64,000 bases of DNA from a virus. Below the pieces are notes generated by a model that was not told the DNA's origin, did not search any database, and saw only the letters and a list, made by a program, of their open reading frames with translations. Below, piece by piece: positions 1 to 10,075 of this stretch. The stretch lies in IMG/VR virus record IMGVR_UViG_3300042482_000285; one strand, 5' to 3'. How positions within the stretch are numbered: position 1 is the first letter of the stretch; every line of letters begins with the position of its first letter. The position numbers and the translations under genes are program-made.

Positions 1-94
1 TGAGTGCAATATTCAAACCTAACAAGAAGAACATGTTGTTCACAGAATCTCGTGGGTTATTTAATAAAGTGAAAAAAAGTAAACTTTTTATATA

Positions 95-2677
95 ATGGCT
101 ATCATTAGGTATACAAAAGATGCTACAATTAGGTATGCATATTTAAATATATTCCCTGATCAGTTCAAAACTGACAAGGAAAAGCAGGATGAGAGTTGGA
201 TAAAGAACACCATGGACTACTTTGCAAACAAGGCATATGCTGAATATGTAAAGAACCGTGACACCTTTGTCAAAAACTATGACTTAATTAAAGGTATTCT
301 GAGGATGGAAGACTTCTATCAAGAACCTCAGGTGAAGAGCTTTACAGATATGATGACAGCTGATCTTCAGCTTCCTGCGTATGTAAAGATGTATTCCATC
401 ATGACCACACCAGTGAACGAGCTGGTAGGTGAAATCACAAAACGCCCTGACACATTCAGGGTGAAAGCGTTTGATGATGACAGTAAAGCTGAAGAGCTAC
501 AATTTAAGACAGACATTCTCCAGCAATATGTAATTGGTCAAGCTAAACAGAAAATTGTTCAGCAGGCTGCAATGCAAGGTGAAGAGATTGATGAAGAAGA
601 GTTGCAACAGCTCACCATGGATCAAGTGAAAGATGTGCTTGACAGCTACACATCTGTAGCTGAGAAATGGGCTAACCACGTACTCACCTGTCAGAAGGCT
701 GAGTTTAACCTGAAGGAAAAGAGCGAAGATGCATTTCGTGATTTGCTAATTTCTGGAAGAGAATTTTACCACATTTATGAAGATAACTCAAAACTTGGAT
801 TTAATATTGAGGTGGCTAACCCCAAGAACACTTGGTTTCTTACAACTCCTGATAGAAAATGGATCTCTGATCCTACAGGTAGAGCTCAGGGTGCTTATGC
901 TGCTGGTACGGTACAGGTTATGGAACTTTCAGAAATCATTGAGAGTATTCCTGACCTAACCAAAGAAGAAATTGATCATCTAAGAAGTTCTCTCCAAGAC
1001 TATGGACTAATTAATGTCCGTGAATCAAATTTGGGTAATCCTGATGCAATACCTGGTACAGATTCAATTATGTACGATACGTTTGATCCACTGGTCCTTC
1101 AAACCCGTATGATTATCGAGAGTGAAATGAAGGAGAACAACGATGGTCTAAAAGACTTCTTAGGACTTACATCTAATGTAAGCTCATTTGGATACAAGTA
1201 TGTTGTTGTTCGTTCTTATTGGATAAGTAAGAAAAAGATTGGTAAGGTCATTTATCTAGATGAACTAGGCAATGAACAATCTGTCCTAGTAGATGAGAAT
1301 TACAAATCTGGCACCATCCCTACACAAGAATCTATTGAATGGGGTTGGATTAACCAGTGGTATCAGGGTACAAAGATTGGACCAGACATCTATCATATCA
1401 AACCGTTCAAGCTTCTTAACTATTGTCCAATCATTGGTACAACATTTGAGGTGAAGAATACAGAGGCAAAGAGTCTGGTTGACTTGATGAAGCCTTTCCA
1501 GGTGTTGTACAACGTATGTATGAACCAGCTTTACAAACTCCTTGAGAAGGAAGTGGGTAAGGTGTATTTGACATCCATCAGGCACATTCCTGTTCCAAAG
1601 GATGGTGATGCTCAAGATGCTCTTGACATCTGGGAAATGGAAGCACGTAACAGAGGTGTTGTCTTTATTGACGATAGCCCTGAGAACTTGAAGAGTCCTT
1701 CTAGCTTCAACCAGTTTAGAGACATTGACCTCACACGTACGCAGGAAATACAATCTCGTTACACACTAGCACAACAACTCAAGAACGAATGTTGGGAGCT
1801 CGTGGGTATGAGTAAGCAACGTATGGGATCTGTGGCAGCTAGTGAATCTGCTACAGGTGTAAATGCAGCTGTTCAACAATCTTATTCTCAAACAGAACCT
1901 CTGTTTGTAGCACACGAATATATCATGGGCCAGCTCTATCAATCAATTATAGATGCTGCTCTATATGTAGAATCCAAGAAGCCTCAATCCACTCTCTCTT
2001 ACATTACAAATGAAGGAGAAGCTGCTTTTGTACAGGTGAATGGATCTGACCTTAAATTCCGTGACCTGAAGGTGTTCTTGACAAATCGTCCTGAAGATAA
2101 GCAAATGTTTGACGAGCTTAGAGGACTTTCTCAGGCTGTTATCCAGAATGGTGGCTCTCTCTACGATGTTATTGAGCTTTACAGCACCAAGTCTATGAGA
2201 GCTATGAAGAAGGTGTTTAAAGAGTTGAGAGACAGACAAATGCAAATGCAAGATCAGCAAATGCAAACTCAACAGCAACAGATTGACCAGCAAAGAGAAA
2301 TTGCAGCTGCTCAGCTTCAACAGGCTCAGCTTCAGAAAGAGCAAGACATTGCTAATGAGAACTATCAGAACGAACTGGACAGAATTAATAAGAAAGAAAT
2401 CGCTCTGATTGCTGCTGAATCAAAAGCAGGTCCTCTCTCTGATGTGGATGAGAGTGGCACCCCTGATGTTCTAGAGATTAACAAACTTGTTGCTGAACAA
2501 TCTCGTACAGCAAGAGACTATGAAATGAAAATGGCAGACATTCAAGGTAAGAATGTCCAGAATCTTCAGAAGCTTGAGATTGAAAGAGAGAAGCTGAAGG
2601 TGGCTAGAGAAAATCAAAAGAACGACCTTGAGATAGCAAAATTGAACGCTAAGAACCGAGGTGCAAAATCTAAATAA
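95..2677 (+). CDS. Putative portal protein (860 aa) with a C-terminal Gln-rich coiled coil
   Basis: First large ORF of a head module, ahead of scaffold-like and capsid-like genes. The size fits the large portals of crAss-like phages. The C-terminal QMQMQDQQMQTQQQQ low-complexity coiled coil is visible. No portal motif could be verified by eye. Confidence 0.5.
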   Translation: MAIIRYTKDATIRYAYLNIFPDQFKTDKEKQDESWIKNTMDYFANKAYAEYVKNRDTFVKNYDLIKGILRMEDFYQEPQVKSFTDMMTADLQLPAYVKMYSIMTTPVNELVGEITKRPDTFRVKAFDDDSKAEELQFKTDILQQYVIGQAKQKIVQQAAMQGEEIDEEELQQLTMDQVKDVLDSYTSVAEKWANHVLTCQKAEFNLKEKSEDAFRDLLISGREFYHIYEDNSKLGFNIEVANPKNTWFLTTPDRKWISDPTGRAQGAYAAGTVQVMELSEIIESIPDLTKEEIDHLRSSLQDYGLINVRESNLGNPDAIPGTDSIMYDTFDPLVLQTRMIIESEMKENNDGLKDFLGLTSNVSSFGYKYVVVRSYWISKKKIGKVIYLDELGNEQSVLVDENYKSGTIPTQESIEWGWINQWYQGTKIGPDIYHIKPFKLLNYCPIIGTTFEVKNTEAKSLVDLMKPFQVLYNVCMNQLYKLLEKEVGKVYLTSIRHIPVPKDGDAQDALDIWEMEARNRGVVFIDDSPENLKSPSSFNQFRDIDLTRTQEIQSRYTLAQQLKNECWELVGMSKQRMGSVAASESATGVNAAVQQSYSQTEPLFVAHEYIMGQLYQSIIDAALYVESKKPQSTLSYITNEGEAAFVQVNGSDLKFRDLKVFLTNRPEDKQMFDELRGLSQAVIQNGGSLYDVIELYSTKSMRAMKKVFKELRDRQMQMQDQQMQTQQQQIDQQREIAAAQLQQAQLQKEQDIANENYQNELDRINKKEIALIAAESKAGPLSDVDESGTPDVLEINKLVAEQSRTARDYEMKMADIQGKNVQNLQKLEIEREKLKVARENQKNDLEIAKLNAKNRGAKSK

Positions 2678-3207
2678 TGTTTGATAGGCTAATTGACCTA
2701 ATCACAGAGTGGATTGAACAGCTGCTTCCCTTCTTTATCGTTAGAGATTTTGAGGAAGCAGTTGTTCTACGCTTTGGTAAGTTCCACAAAACAGTTAAAC
2801 CTGGTTTCCACTGGCGCATCCCGTTTGTGGATCAGCCTATGGAACAGCACGTTGTGGTCACAACCATAAGCCTAGCCCCCCAGAGTCTTTACACTAAAGA
2901 CAAACAGAACATTGTGGTGAAGGGGGTGATTAAGTACAGAATAGCTGATATTCAGACATTTATATTAGAAGTGTATGATGCTCAGGACGCTATATCAGAT
3001 ATGACACAGTCTATTATTAAGAACATCATCATGGACAAAACCCTAGATGAGTGCATAGACACTGAGATAGATAACACCCTCACGAAGAAAGCTAGAGTGG
3101 AAGCTAGAAAATGGGGGGTGGAAATCCAACAGGTAACCCTCACTGACCTAGCCCCAATCCGCTCTTACAGACTTATAAACGACACGGTGATAAACAAACT
3201 TGATTAG
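2677..3207 (+). CDS. SPFH/band-7 (stomatin/prohibitin/HflKC-like) domain protein
   Basis: The N-terminal hydrophobic stretch followed by EAVVLRFGKFHKTVKPGFHWRIPFVDQ ... VVTTISL ... TKDKQNIVVKGVIKYRIADIQ matches the SPFH core pattern (GvvxrfGk...epGlhfkiPfid...v.trdnv.v.vd..v.yrI.d). Its start overlaps the portal stop (ATGA-type coupling). Confidence 0.7.
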   Translation: MFDRLIDLITEWIEQLLPFFIVRDFEEAVVLRFGKFHKTVKPGFHWRIPFVDQPMEQHVVVTTISLAPQSLYTKDKQNIVVKGVIKYRIADIQTFILEVYDAQDAISDMTQSIIKNIIMDKTLDECIDTEIDNTLTKKARVEARKWGVEIQQVTLTDLAPIRSYRLINDTVINKLD

Positions 3208-3327
3208 AGTGATTTACATTAATGCTATATTATATGTGAAAAACATTCATATAGATGCATAACTCTTTGCTATTCAATAATCTCTGACTATTTTTACACG
3301 CGTAAAACCAATTTAAACAAACTACAT

Positions 3328-4620
3328 ATGGCTGAGAACCTAGATACCCCGTCATTCGGTAACTTTAGTATTGAAAATACTATGGAGATGGGACCTGGAG
3401 GTGCAGAGCTCCTCAACGATCTTATGTCTCCTGAGACATCAACAGGCAATCCTGATGATATCCAGAAGATTGTAAAAACTGCTGAGCCCCCTGCTCCAGA
3501 TCCAAAACCCGATGTTCCTAAAGGAAAAGAAGTTGTTCCTAAAGCAGATGGTGAAGAATTCACTGGTCAAGATCTCATATCAAGCTTCCTCGGTGATAAC
3601 ACTGATGGAGAAGAAGATTCAGAAGAGGTTGATCCTCAACCAGTTAAGAAGAAAGCTCCTGCTGCACCAGCAGCTGAAGCTACTCCTGCTGCAGAAGAAA
3701 ACGAGAATGAAGATGGTGAAGGAGAAGAGCAAGTGAGTCAATTCACAGCTTTGTCTCGTGACCTTTTCAAACTTGGTGTGTTTTCACAAGATGAGGATGA
3801 GGAAGATGTAAACATCTCCACTCCTGAAGAGTTCCTTGAACGCTTCCAAAGTGAGAAGAAAAAAGGAGCAGTTGAGATGGTGCAAAACTTCATTGGTCAG
3901 TTTGGCGAGGATTATCAACAAGCGTTCGAGGCTATATTCGTTAAAGGCGTTAGTCCAAAAGAATATTTTGGTACATATAATAACGTGGTGGGCTTTTCTG
4001 AAATGGACCTTTCACAAGAAAGCAATCAAGTGAGAGTGATCAAGCAAGCATTAGCTGACCAGGGTTTTGAAACCGAAGACATTGATACTGAGGTGGAAAG
4101 ACTCAAAAACTATGGTGATCTTGAGAGCGTAGCTACAAAACACCATAAAGTGCTTGTTAAGAAGGAAGCCCAGAAACTTGCTCAAATGGAGCAAAAAGCT
4201 GAACAAGAGCTCCAACAAAAACAAGCAGTAAAAAACCAATACATCCAGAATGTTCAGGGAGTCCTACAGGACAAACTGAAATCTAAGGAGTTTGATGGAA
4301 TACCCATCAATCCCAAGTTGGCAAACGAACTACAAGACTTCCTGCTGGTAGATAAATACAAGACAGCAAGCGGTGAGACCCTCACTGATTTCGACAAAAC
4401 CATCTTGGAATTGAAGAGACCTGAGAACCATGCAACAAAGGTGAAAGTTGCCCTCCTGCTTAAAATCCTAGAAAAAGATCCCACCCTATCTACCATCCAA
4501 AGAACAGGCGTTTCAAAGAAATCAAACGAGCTGTTTGGGGAAGTGGCTAGACAGGTGACTAAAACTAAGACAAGCAGTGTTAGTGGTCAACCAGCCAAAC
4601 AAAATTCATGGTTCTTATAA
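3328..4620 (+). CDS. Acidic, low-complexity protein; candidate scaffolding protein
   Basis: 430 aa, Glu/Asp/Ala/Pro-rich N-terminal half and a coiled-coil-prone C-terminal half (KEAQKLAQMEQKAEQELQQKQ). Sits immediately upstream of the capsid gene. Confidence 0.45.
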   Translation: MAENLDTPSFGNFSIENTMEMGPGGAELLNDLMSPETSTGNPDDIQKIVKTAEPPAPDPKPDVPKGKEVVPKADGEEFTGQDLISSFLGDNTDGEEDSEEVDPQPVKKKAPAAPAAEATPAAEENENEDGEGEEQVSQFTALSRDLFKLGVFSQDEDEEDVNISTPEEFLERFQSEKKKGAVEMVQNFIGQFGEDYQQAFEAIFVKGVSPKEYFGTYNNVVGFSEMDLSQESNQVRVIKQALADQGFETEDIDTEVERLKNYGDLESVATKHHKVLVKKEAQKLAQMEQKAEQELQQKQAVKNQYIQNVQGVLQDKLKSKEFDGIPINPKLANELQDFLLVDKYKTASGETLTDFDKTILELKRPENHATKVKVALLLKILEKDPTLSTIQRTGVSKKSNELFGEVARQVTKTKTSSVSGQPAKQNSWFL

Positions 4621-4646
4621 ATTTTAATAAATAAAAGGATAACAAA

Positions 4647-6200
4647 ATGGCAATTCAAACAATCCCAGGTCTAACTGGCTTCACGTATGCTCGTGTCGCA
4701 TCTATGGACAAGCGTGCTGTGGGTAAGCTAACTGACGCTAACCACCTGGAGAGCTTTCACTCAACTGAGCCTGCTGATTACGATAAGAAAATCATCAGCC
4801 TCTACACACAGAGCTCTCTTTACAGCAACGACTTTCTTGACATGATCAACAAAAGCACGCCTTATTACATTGATAATAATAGCGATGCTTGGAAATGGCA
4901 AGTAGCTGTTCCCTACAAATTCCCTAAGATTATCGACATCCCTGCTGCTACAGCTGAGCTGAGCAAGCCTGGTATCGATGGTCAAGAGTTCCAATTGGTA
5001 ATTGACACAAACGAGTTCTCTAAGAACGCAATCGTTTCTGTTGGTTCTCGCCAATATGGTCCTCGCTTTTACGTTATTAAGGATCCAGTTCCTTGGAACA
5101 TGGGCTTCCTTTATAGCTTCACTTTGGTTACAGACAATCCAACTGTAGACTTCGTTAGCTCTACCTTCTTGCAAGTGGGCATTGAACTTGAGTTGGTTGA
5201 TGCTGCAATTGGTGAGTTCGATCAAGATCTTTTAGGTCTTCCTCGTTTGGGTGAGCAAATCACAATGTTTGAATCTTTGGGTTCTGCATATGGTTTTGAG
5301 CACAAAATCACTGAGTGGGCTGATGACAAAATGATGCGTGACTCTGCAGGTCGTCCTTTGGACATCCTTGTATATGCACCTCAGCGTCGTAACCAACTTC
5401 CTTTAACTCGTAACGATGTTAAATGGGAGCCATTTATTGAGTTCTGGATGCGTAAGTCTATGCTTGAGTTGAAAGTTAAGCGTATGATTTGGTCTCGTCC
5501 TGGTACTGTTAAGACTAACGGTAGCAAGCAAGAACTTAAGCGTACCTCTGCTGGTGTTTACCACAGAATGCGTAATAACGGTAACCTTGTTCAGTACAAC
5601 CGTGGAGAATTCACTGCAAACTTGATTCGTTCAGTGTTTGGTGACTTGTTCTATCGTCGTGTGGATGTTAAGGACCGTCGTGTTAAAATGTACACTAACG
5701 AAGCAGGTTTTGACGTATTCCAACAAGCTTTGAAGACAGACGCTTTGAACAGTGGTCTTACCTTCATGGCTGATTCTGGAAACCGTTACATGCAAGGAGA
5801 AGGACAACACATCACTTACAACTTTGCATTCGATGCAATGGTAACTCGTGAGACTGGTCGTGTTGAACTTATTCACTTGAAAGAACTTGACCTTCCTCAA
5901 ACTAACCTTGAATTCGGTCAGAACAAGAAGAGCACTCCAGTATTTATGGTATTCGACGTGTCTCCAATGTCTGATGGTTCTTTGGTTAATAACATCCGTG
6001 AAGTTCGTATGAAGGGTGCACCTTCTATGACTTGGGGTTATATCGATGGAACTCGCCACCACTTAGGCTTTGCTAAGTCTCAGGGTATGAGCTCTGCGAA
6101 CAAATTCCCAGGATACGAAATCTGGATGAAGGATCGTTGTGATGTATTCATTGAGGACTTGTCTCGTACAGTTCTTATTGAGGAAATCCCACAATTCTAA
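4647..6200 (+). CDS. Putative major capsid protein (517 aa)
   Basis: Position after the scaffold-like gene, size typical of crAss-like/HK97-fold MCPs, and a cluster of strong hairpins immediately downstream (a hallmark of a highly expressed late gene). Confidence 0.55.
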   Translation: MAIQTIPGLTGFTYARVASMDKRAVGKLTDANHLESFHSTEPADYDKKIISLYTQSSLYSNDFLDMINKSTPYYIDNNSDAWKWQVAVPYKFPKIIDIPAATAELSKPGIDGQEFQLVIDTNEFSKNAIVSVGSRQYGPRFYVIKDPVPWNMGFLYSFTLVTDNPTVDFVSSTFLQVGIELELVDAAIGEFDQDLLGLPRLGEQITMFESLGSAYGFEHKITEWADDKMMRDSAGRPLDILVYAPQRRNQLPLTRNDVKWEPFIEFWMRKSMLELKVKRMIWSRPGTVKTNGSKQELKRTSAGVYHRMRNNGNLVQYNRGEFTANLIRSVFGDLFYRRVDVKDRRVKMYTNEAGFDVFQQALKTDALNSGLTFMADSGNRYMQGEGQHITYNFAFDAMVTRETGRVELIHLKELDLPQTNLEFGQNKKSTPVFMVFDVSPMSDGSLVNNIREVRMKGAPSMTWGYIDGTRHHLGFAKSQGMSSANKFPGYEIWMKDRCDVFIEDLSRTVLIEEIPQF

Positions 6201-6209
6201 GGAACCACT

Positions 6210-6352
6210 CTAAGGATAGTATCCTTAGACTCCTATATCGAGAAGAGATTGCCCCCCACATCCCCGTGGGGGAGCTCTTCTCACTTACAGAGTGGTTGGA
6301 CTGGGGTGTCTCCCAATCGCTGTCCCTTCGGTGGGAATCACTCTGCGAATAA
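6210..6352 (+). terminator. Stacked stem-loops after the capsid gene (rho-independent terminator cluster)
   Basis: Perfect palindrome CTAAGGATA/TATCCTTAG (6210-6228). GC-rich hairpin AGAAGAG-CCCCCCAC-loop-GTGGGGG-CTCTTCT (6241-6281). A third imperfect hairpin GAGTG...tcccttcggtggga...CACTC (about 6290-6352). Confidence 0.55.
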
Positions 6353-6373
6353 ACCAAATAAAATAAACTACAT

Positions 6374-7342
6374 ATGGGTAAGTTAGGTAAAATCTCAACT
6401 ATTAAGAAGGAGTATAACAACTCACAACTTCAAACAATGCAAGGCGGTCTTTCACTAAAAGGCCTAACACGTATTCCTGGTACAGGGGTATTTAAGTATC
6501 CTTACAAGGAATTGGATGGACAGTACAGAACAGGACTTGATCCTAATGCTAGTTACATCCGTAGAATCTCTGATCCTCTTGAGAGAGAACTGGAGACTGA
6601 GCGTGTTAAGAATCTTAGAGACAAATTGCAAGCTGCATTGGGGGATGTTGACTTAGGTCCTCGTTCTAGTTTCTGGAACTATGGATTGTCTACATCAACA
6701 AGTGATACACTGCACGTTCAGCCTGTAAAACTTTTGGATGGTGATAACTTCTTCGATCTTTCTATTCCTTTTCAGGAATTAGCCTTCTCATGGCTTCGTG
6801 TTCATCCAACAATTGCAAGCTCTTATCAAGCTTGGGAGCGTGGTGAATATCCAGCTGAAACTCAGTTCTATGTAGCTGATGATGAAATCGAGAATGCTGT
6901 TCTGTTCAAGAAAAAGCAAATGATTAACAAGGCTATTGTTAAGTTTGACGGAATGACTCCTGAAAGAAAAAGAAAAGTGGCACGTTTGTTGGGATTACCT
7001 GTGACTGATGATACTAAAGAGGAAGCAGTTTACAATCTTGTAGACAATGTCCTCAAACAAACCGAGTTTAAAAACGGTAAGTATCAAGGACTCAATCCTG
7101 TTGAAGTGTTCACACGCTTTGCAGATATGAAGGATAACTTACTCCATATCAAAGACTTAGTGAAGCAAGCTATCACCCATTCCATATATAGATCTAAACC
7201 TAACGGTAAAATATATGAAGGTGAGTTTGAAGTAGCTAAGGATGAAGATGATTTGATTAAGATGCTCTCTGACGATGATAACCAGGATCTCCTGTTAACA
7301 CTTGAAGGAAAGCTGAAAACTAAGAAATTAGCTGCAGTATGA
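6374..7342 (+). CDS. Hypothetical virion protein (322 aa)
   Basis: Long ORF in the head-module operon; uniform coding texture; no recognisable motif. Confidence 0.5.
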   Translation: MGKLGKISTIKKEYNNSQLQTMQGGLSLKGLTRIPGTGVFKYPYKELDGQYRTGLDPNASYIRRISDPLERELETERVKNLRDKLQAALGDVDLGPRSSFWNYGLSTSTSDTLHVQPVKLLDGDNFFDLSIPFQELAFSWLRVHPTIASSYQAWERGEYPAETQFYVADDEIENAVLFKKKQMINKAIVKFDGMTPERKRKVARLLGLPVTDDTKEEAVYNLVDNVLKQTEFKNGKYQGLNPVEVFTRFADMKDNLLHIKDLVKQAITHSIYRSKPNGKIYEGEFEVAKDEDDLIKMLSDDDNQDLLLTLEGKLKTKKLAAV

Positions 7343-8070
7343 TACCAGTAGACAGTTTGTTGTACAAGATCGACCAAAAACTAAATAAACTGTCAACCAA
7401 TATTCACCAGCAGATAAACTTAGAAGATAAGATCTTAGCACTCAATGAGGCTCAGATAAAGCTGATAAAACAAAAGGTTGATGGTTTTAGTGTAGTGAGC
7501 GGAATGGGACTTGATGCTTTTAAGAAGCGTTATGAGGACCTTCAAAGCTTGGTCGTAACATACAACCATCAACCTCTTGATCTCACTCTCAAGAATAAAG
7601 AACTAAATCAATGGTTTGCTAATCTGCACCTGCTTGTTCCTAAGTATATGTTCTACATCGATAGTTATATACTTGCTGACAAAGGGGTGTGTAAGGATAG
7701 AAAGATCTGGATAAACAGAGACTTGGCTAAACATGGTGACCTTCAGTTCATTCTGAATAATACCCATTACAAACCAAGCTTTGAATACCAAGAGACTTTC
7801 AACTTCCTTTCGACAGATGAAATATCCATCTTTACAGATGGTACATTCACTCCTAGTAAGATATATATGTCTTATATGAGATATCCAGTGTATATAAATG
7901 CAGAAGGGTATGTCATGCTAGATGGCCAACCATCATTTAATCAAGACTGCGAACTTGAACTCTATCTAGAGGATGAGTTGTTAGACTTGACAGTACAAAA
8001 CCTAGCAATGTACACAGAGAACGCTGCTGCTGTTCAAAGTGCACAGTTCAGGATACAGACAAACGAATAA
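7339..8070 (+). CDS. Hypothetical virion protein (243 aa)
   Basis: ATGA start/stop overlap with the upstream gene (translational coupling). Confidence 0.5.
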   Translation: MIPVDSLLYKIDQKLNKLSTNIHQQINLEDKILALNEAQIKLIKQKVDGFSVVSGMGLDAFKKRYEDLQSLVVTYNHQPLDLTLKNKELNQWFANLHLLVPKYMFYIDSYILADKGVCKDRKIWINRDLAKHGDLQFILNNTHYKPSFEYQETFNFLSTDEISIFTDGTFTPSKIYMSYMRYPVYINAEGYVMLDGQPSFNQDCELELYLEDELLDLTVQNLAMYTENAAAVQSAQFRIQTNE

Positions 8071-8098
8071 TATTTTTAATCACCTAAAATAAAGCAAA

Positions 8099-9271
8099 AT
8101 GGCTGATTTTTCATTAACTACGCTCTTCGTAGTACCAGTAGGGCAAACTGCGCTCCCTAGCTCTGGATCTACGCAAAACTTGAGCGCTGGCCAAGTGGGC
8201 ATTTTCAAAAATGACTACACTCTGGCTACAGCAGCTAACATCGCTGCTGCTCCTTACTTTTATATTGCGCAGGGCCGTACAAACACTTATCTGCAAGGCT
8301 CTAAGCGTTCAGATAAGATTAAAGGCTGTCCTTCTGGTGCTGGTTGTAACAGCAATGTAACTGAGTGGTACAAAGTGGACGGTTGTCCTACTCCTCTCAC
8401 TCAAATTACAGATGTTGTTAACTGGAACGCACAGTGTGGTGATATCATCACTGTTACACTTCGTGCTCACTCTAGCTACCTTGACACCTTGTACTTCAAC
8501 GGTTTCACTCGTTCAGTAACTGTAAACGCACCTTGTTGTGATTGCGGTGGTGATCCTTGTACTAACGTTGATGTACCTGCTTTGATTGATGATGTTATCT
8601 ATCACTTCAATCTTCAAGCTCCTGGTAACAACCCTGACAACATCACTTTCTCTGACTTCTATCAGTTCCAGAGAATTGGTAACGACCAAAACGCATTCTT
8701 GCGTATCACTGGTAAGCCTCTTACCAAATATGGTCAGCCTTGTGATGTGGCAGCATTTCCTTTCGAGTATGACAGAATGTGGTTCCGTACATTCGTGTTC
8801 AGCGGACCTGCAACCACAGCTGACTTCATTGTAGCTGATCCTTGTAACACTGTTGCTGATCCTGTTGTAGTACAGCGTTCTTCTTACGCTTCTGGTACTT
8901 CTGCAGAGATTGCACAATTGGAGAAAAACTTCTACAGCTACCAAGCTGGTTACTTGAAGCATCTCTACAGGATGAATGGTTACAATGAGAACTTTGAAAG
9001 CTGGGTGAGTGATGGTACAACTTATACCACCTACTACATCAAGTTTAATGAGTTCGACAAGTCTGCTTATCAGTGGGGCGATTATATCTATGAAGACAGC
9101 ACAGTAATCCTTGCTGTTGAAAAAGATAGCGCTATGGAAACCGCTCTTGAGGCAGTTCTTGTGGCAGGTCTTGGTGCAGTTGTTTCTCAGAATGGTGCGT
9201 GTGTAACGACCACTTCTACAACAACCACTGTATGGCCTTCTACTACTACAACATCAACCTTGATTCCGTAA
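8099..9271 (+). CDS. Cys-rich protein with a C-terminal poly-Thr/Ser tail; possible capsid decoration or head-fibre protein
   Basis: 390 aa, many Cys (CPSGAGC, CCDCGGDPC). C-terminus TTSTTTTVWPSTTTTSTLIP. Followed by a strong terminator. Confidence 0.5.
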   Translation: MADFSLTTLFVVPVGQTALPSSGSTQNLSAGQVGIFKNDYTLATAANIAAAPYFYIAQGRTNTYLQGSKRSDKIKGCPSGAGCNSNVTEWYKVDGCPTPLTQITDVVNWNAQCGDIITVTLRAHSSYLDTLYFNGFTRSVTVNAPCCDCGGDPCTNVDVPALIDDVIYHFNLQAPGNNPDNITFSDFYQFQRIGNDQNAFLRITGKPLTKYGQPCDVAAFPFEYDRMWFRTFVFSGPATTADFIVADPCNTVADPVVVQRSSYASGTSAEIAQLEKNFYSYQAGYLKHLYRMNGYNENFESWVSDGTTYTTYYIKFNEFDKSAYQWGDYIYEDSTVILAVEKDSAMETALEAVLVAGLGAVVSQNGACVTTTSTTTTVWPSTTTTSTLIP

Positions 9272-9302
9272 TAGTAGGCAAGTAACATAGATTATATAAC
9301 CT

Positions 9303-9350
9303 AAGCCAGAGGTGAGAGGATACTACTCAATCCTCTGGCTTATTTATTTA
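9303..9350 (+). terminator. Rho-independent terminator
   Basis: Perfect 10-bp stem AAGCCAGAGG (9303-9312) / CCTCTGGCTT (9332-9341) followed by a TATTTATTTA run. Confidence 0.6.
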
Positions 9351-9357
9351 AAGCAAC

Positions 9358-9921
9358 ATGGCAGATTTAAAACTAGACATATTAGTAATCCCAACATACA
9401 ATGTGACAACTCTTGGGGTTGCTGATGCTTCCGTTTACCCAACTAATCCACCTGTTGTTTCTGGTGCTACAATTGAAATTACGGTTCCTGGATTTGGAAC
9501 GTTCTTTAAACCATTCAGTGTTAACGACTTCAACATATTTACCACGTCAAACTTAGGAATAAGCCCCGTAGGTGTAGATCAACCTCTACCTGATGGAGTT
9601 TATCGTTTAAAATATTCTGTAGCTCCTGCATACATAAACTTCGTAGAGAAGTCCATCATGCGTGTAGAACAATTACAGGAGAAGTTTGATGGAGCGTTTA
9701 TGAAGCTTGATATGATGGAATGTGATAGAGCTATCAAAACACAAGCATTTGTGGATCTCAACTCTATCAACTTCTTTATGCAGGGGGCCATTGCTGCTGC
9801 AAACAACTGTGCTGATCTTGAAGCAACAAAGCTTTATAATCAGGCAGATATGATGCTGAATAACTTTATAAAAAACAATTGTGGTTGCTCTGGAACCAAC
9901 TACGTAATAAACTTTTACTAA
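9358..9921 (+). CDS. Hypothetical protein (187 aa)
   Basis: ORF with an ATG directly after the terminator; ends CGCSGTNYVINFY. Confidence 0.45.
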   Translation: MADLKLDILVIPTYNVTTLGVADASVYPTNPPVVSGATIEITVPGFGTFFKPFSVNDFNIFTTSNLGISPVGVDQPLPDGVYRLKYSVAPAYINFVEKSIMRVEQLQEKFDGAFMKLDMMECDRAIKTQAFVDLNSINFFMQGAIAAANNCADLEATKLYNQADMMLNNFIKNNCGCSGTNYVINFY

Positions 9922-9922
9922 T

Positions 9923-10075
9923 ATGGCTATGTGTAGAAACTGTGGAGCTAAAGTTGGATGTGGATGTCAATTGATTAACGGTCTTTGTGCAGCATGTAAT
10001 GGTGCTATAAAACAAGGAAGAAAACTTATAGGAAATGTTATCACCCAGGCTTACAAGTTGTCCAGAATGCGCTAG
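9923..10075 (+). CDS. Small Cys-rich protein (50 aa, not in the ORF track)
   Basis: ATG 2 nt after the upstream stop. MAMCRNCGAKVGCGCQLINGLCAACNG has 8 Cys in 30 residues (zinc-ribbon-like). Overlaps the next ORF by 41 nt, so at most one of the two starts is right. Confidence 0.3.
   Translation: MAMCRNCGAKVGCGCQLINGLCAACNGAIKQGRKLIGNVITQAYKLSRMR

Noticed and set aside
3512-3736. 74-aa basic ORF (MFLKEKKLFLKQ...) in an alternate frame of the scaffold gene
   Set aside because: Lys-rich translation produced by frameshifted reading of GAA/GAG-rich acidic codons; no independent support.
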